Assembly: GCA_002314915.1 (NCBI GenBank)
Contig: DCHU01000029.1
Location: 35,452-99,451, forward strand
From: Bacillales bacterium UBA1744
GTDB lineage: Bacteria > Bacillota_I > Bacilli_A > RFN20 > CAG-826
Direction of reading: 5' to 3'
DNA: 64,000 nucleotides
The notes under the pieces were generated by a model. The model was not told the DNA's origin, made no database searches, and saw only the letters and a list, made by a program, of their open reading frames with translations. Of the stretch, positions 63,996-64,000 are shown one piece after another. Every line of letters starts with the position of its first letter. The stretch's first letter is position 1. The position numbers were made by a program, and so were the translations under genes.

Positions 63996-64000
63996 AAGAG

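Overview
Chromosomal window from a low-GC Firmicutes or Mollicutes-like bacterium. The lineage guess (Erysipelotrichia/Acholeplasma-like) is inference only, based on a lipobox-rich surface proteome, AGA/ATC-biased codons, and AGGAGG ribosome-binding sites mixed with leaderless-looking genes. I count about 60 protein genes and 5 tRNAs (Trp-CCA, Glu-UUC, Asn-GUU, Glu-CUC, Gly-GCC). I saw no rRNA, CRISPR array, transposase or integrase. Housekeeping content: a MerR regulator next to a MacB-like ABC exporter; a sirtuin-DUF5662-Trk operon with two long TrkH paralogues and a split TrkA; MscS; PepF; a PlsC-like acyltransferase; a GH2 plus GPH sugar module; acpP; gmk; two CNNM/CorC genes; pyrG; an aquaporin; deoD; a CoA-transferase; gltX; and a seven-gene argGHCJBDF operon behind a T-box leader whose specifier reads CGC (Arg), followed by an M20 peptidase and a YfcC transporter. 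Most interesting observations, in order: (1) A compact seven-gene Tad/Flp-like type IV filament locus (24129-28360). It ends in a 47-aa pilin ORF that is absent from the ORF track, has no prepilin peptidase in the window, lacks the canonical Flp motif, and uses atypical codons. (2) A translationally coupled pair: a CD1871A-like CXXC membrane protein, then a NapH-like 4Fe-4S membrane protein fused to an extracytoplasmic TlpA-like thioredoxin domain. (3) An MscS channel fused to an FtsK-gamma-like winged helix. (4) An orphan MspI/HinP1I-like nuclease gene with foreign codon usage beside a tRNA. (5) An ECF sigma/anti-sigma cluster with a paralogous lipoprotein, a shared upstream motif and a shared C-terminal SYHGGH motif. 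(6) A GNAT-MGMT fusion with PCFK in place of PCHR. (7) A recurrent leaderless-gene promoter architecture. All function calls rest on motif recognition by eye; no database search was run.
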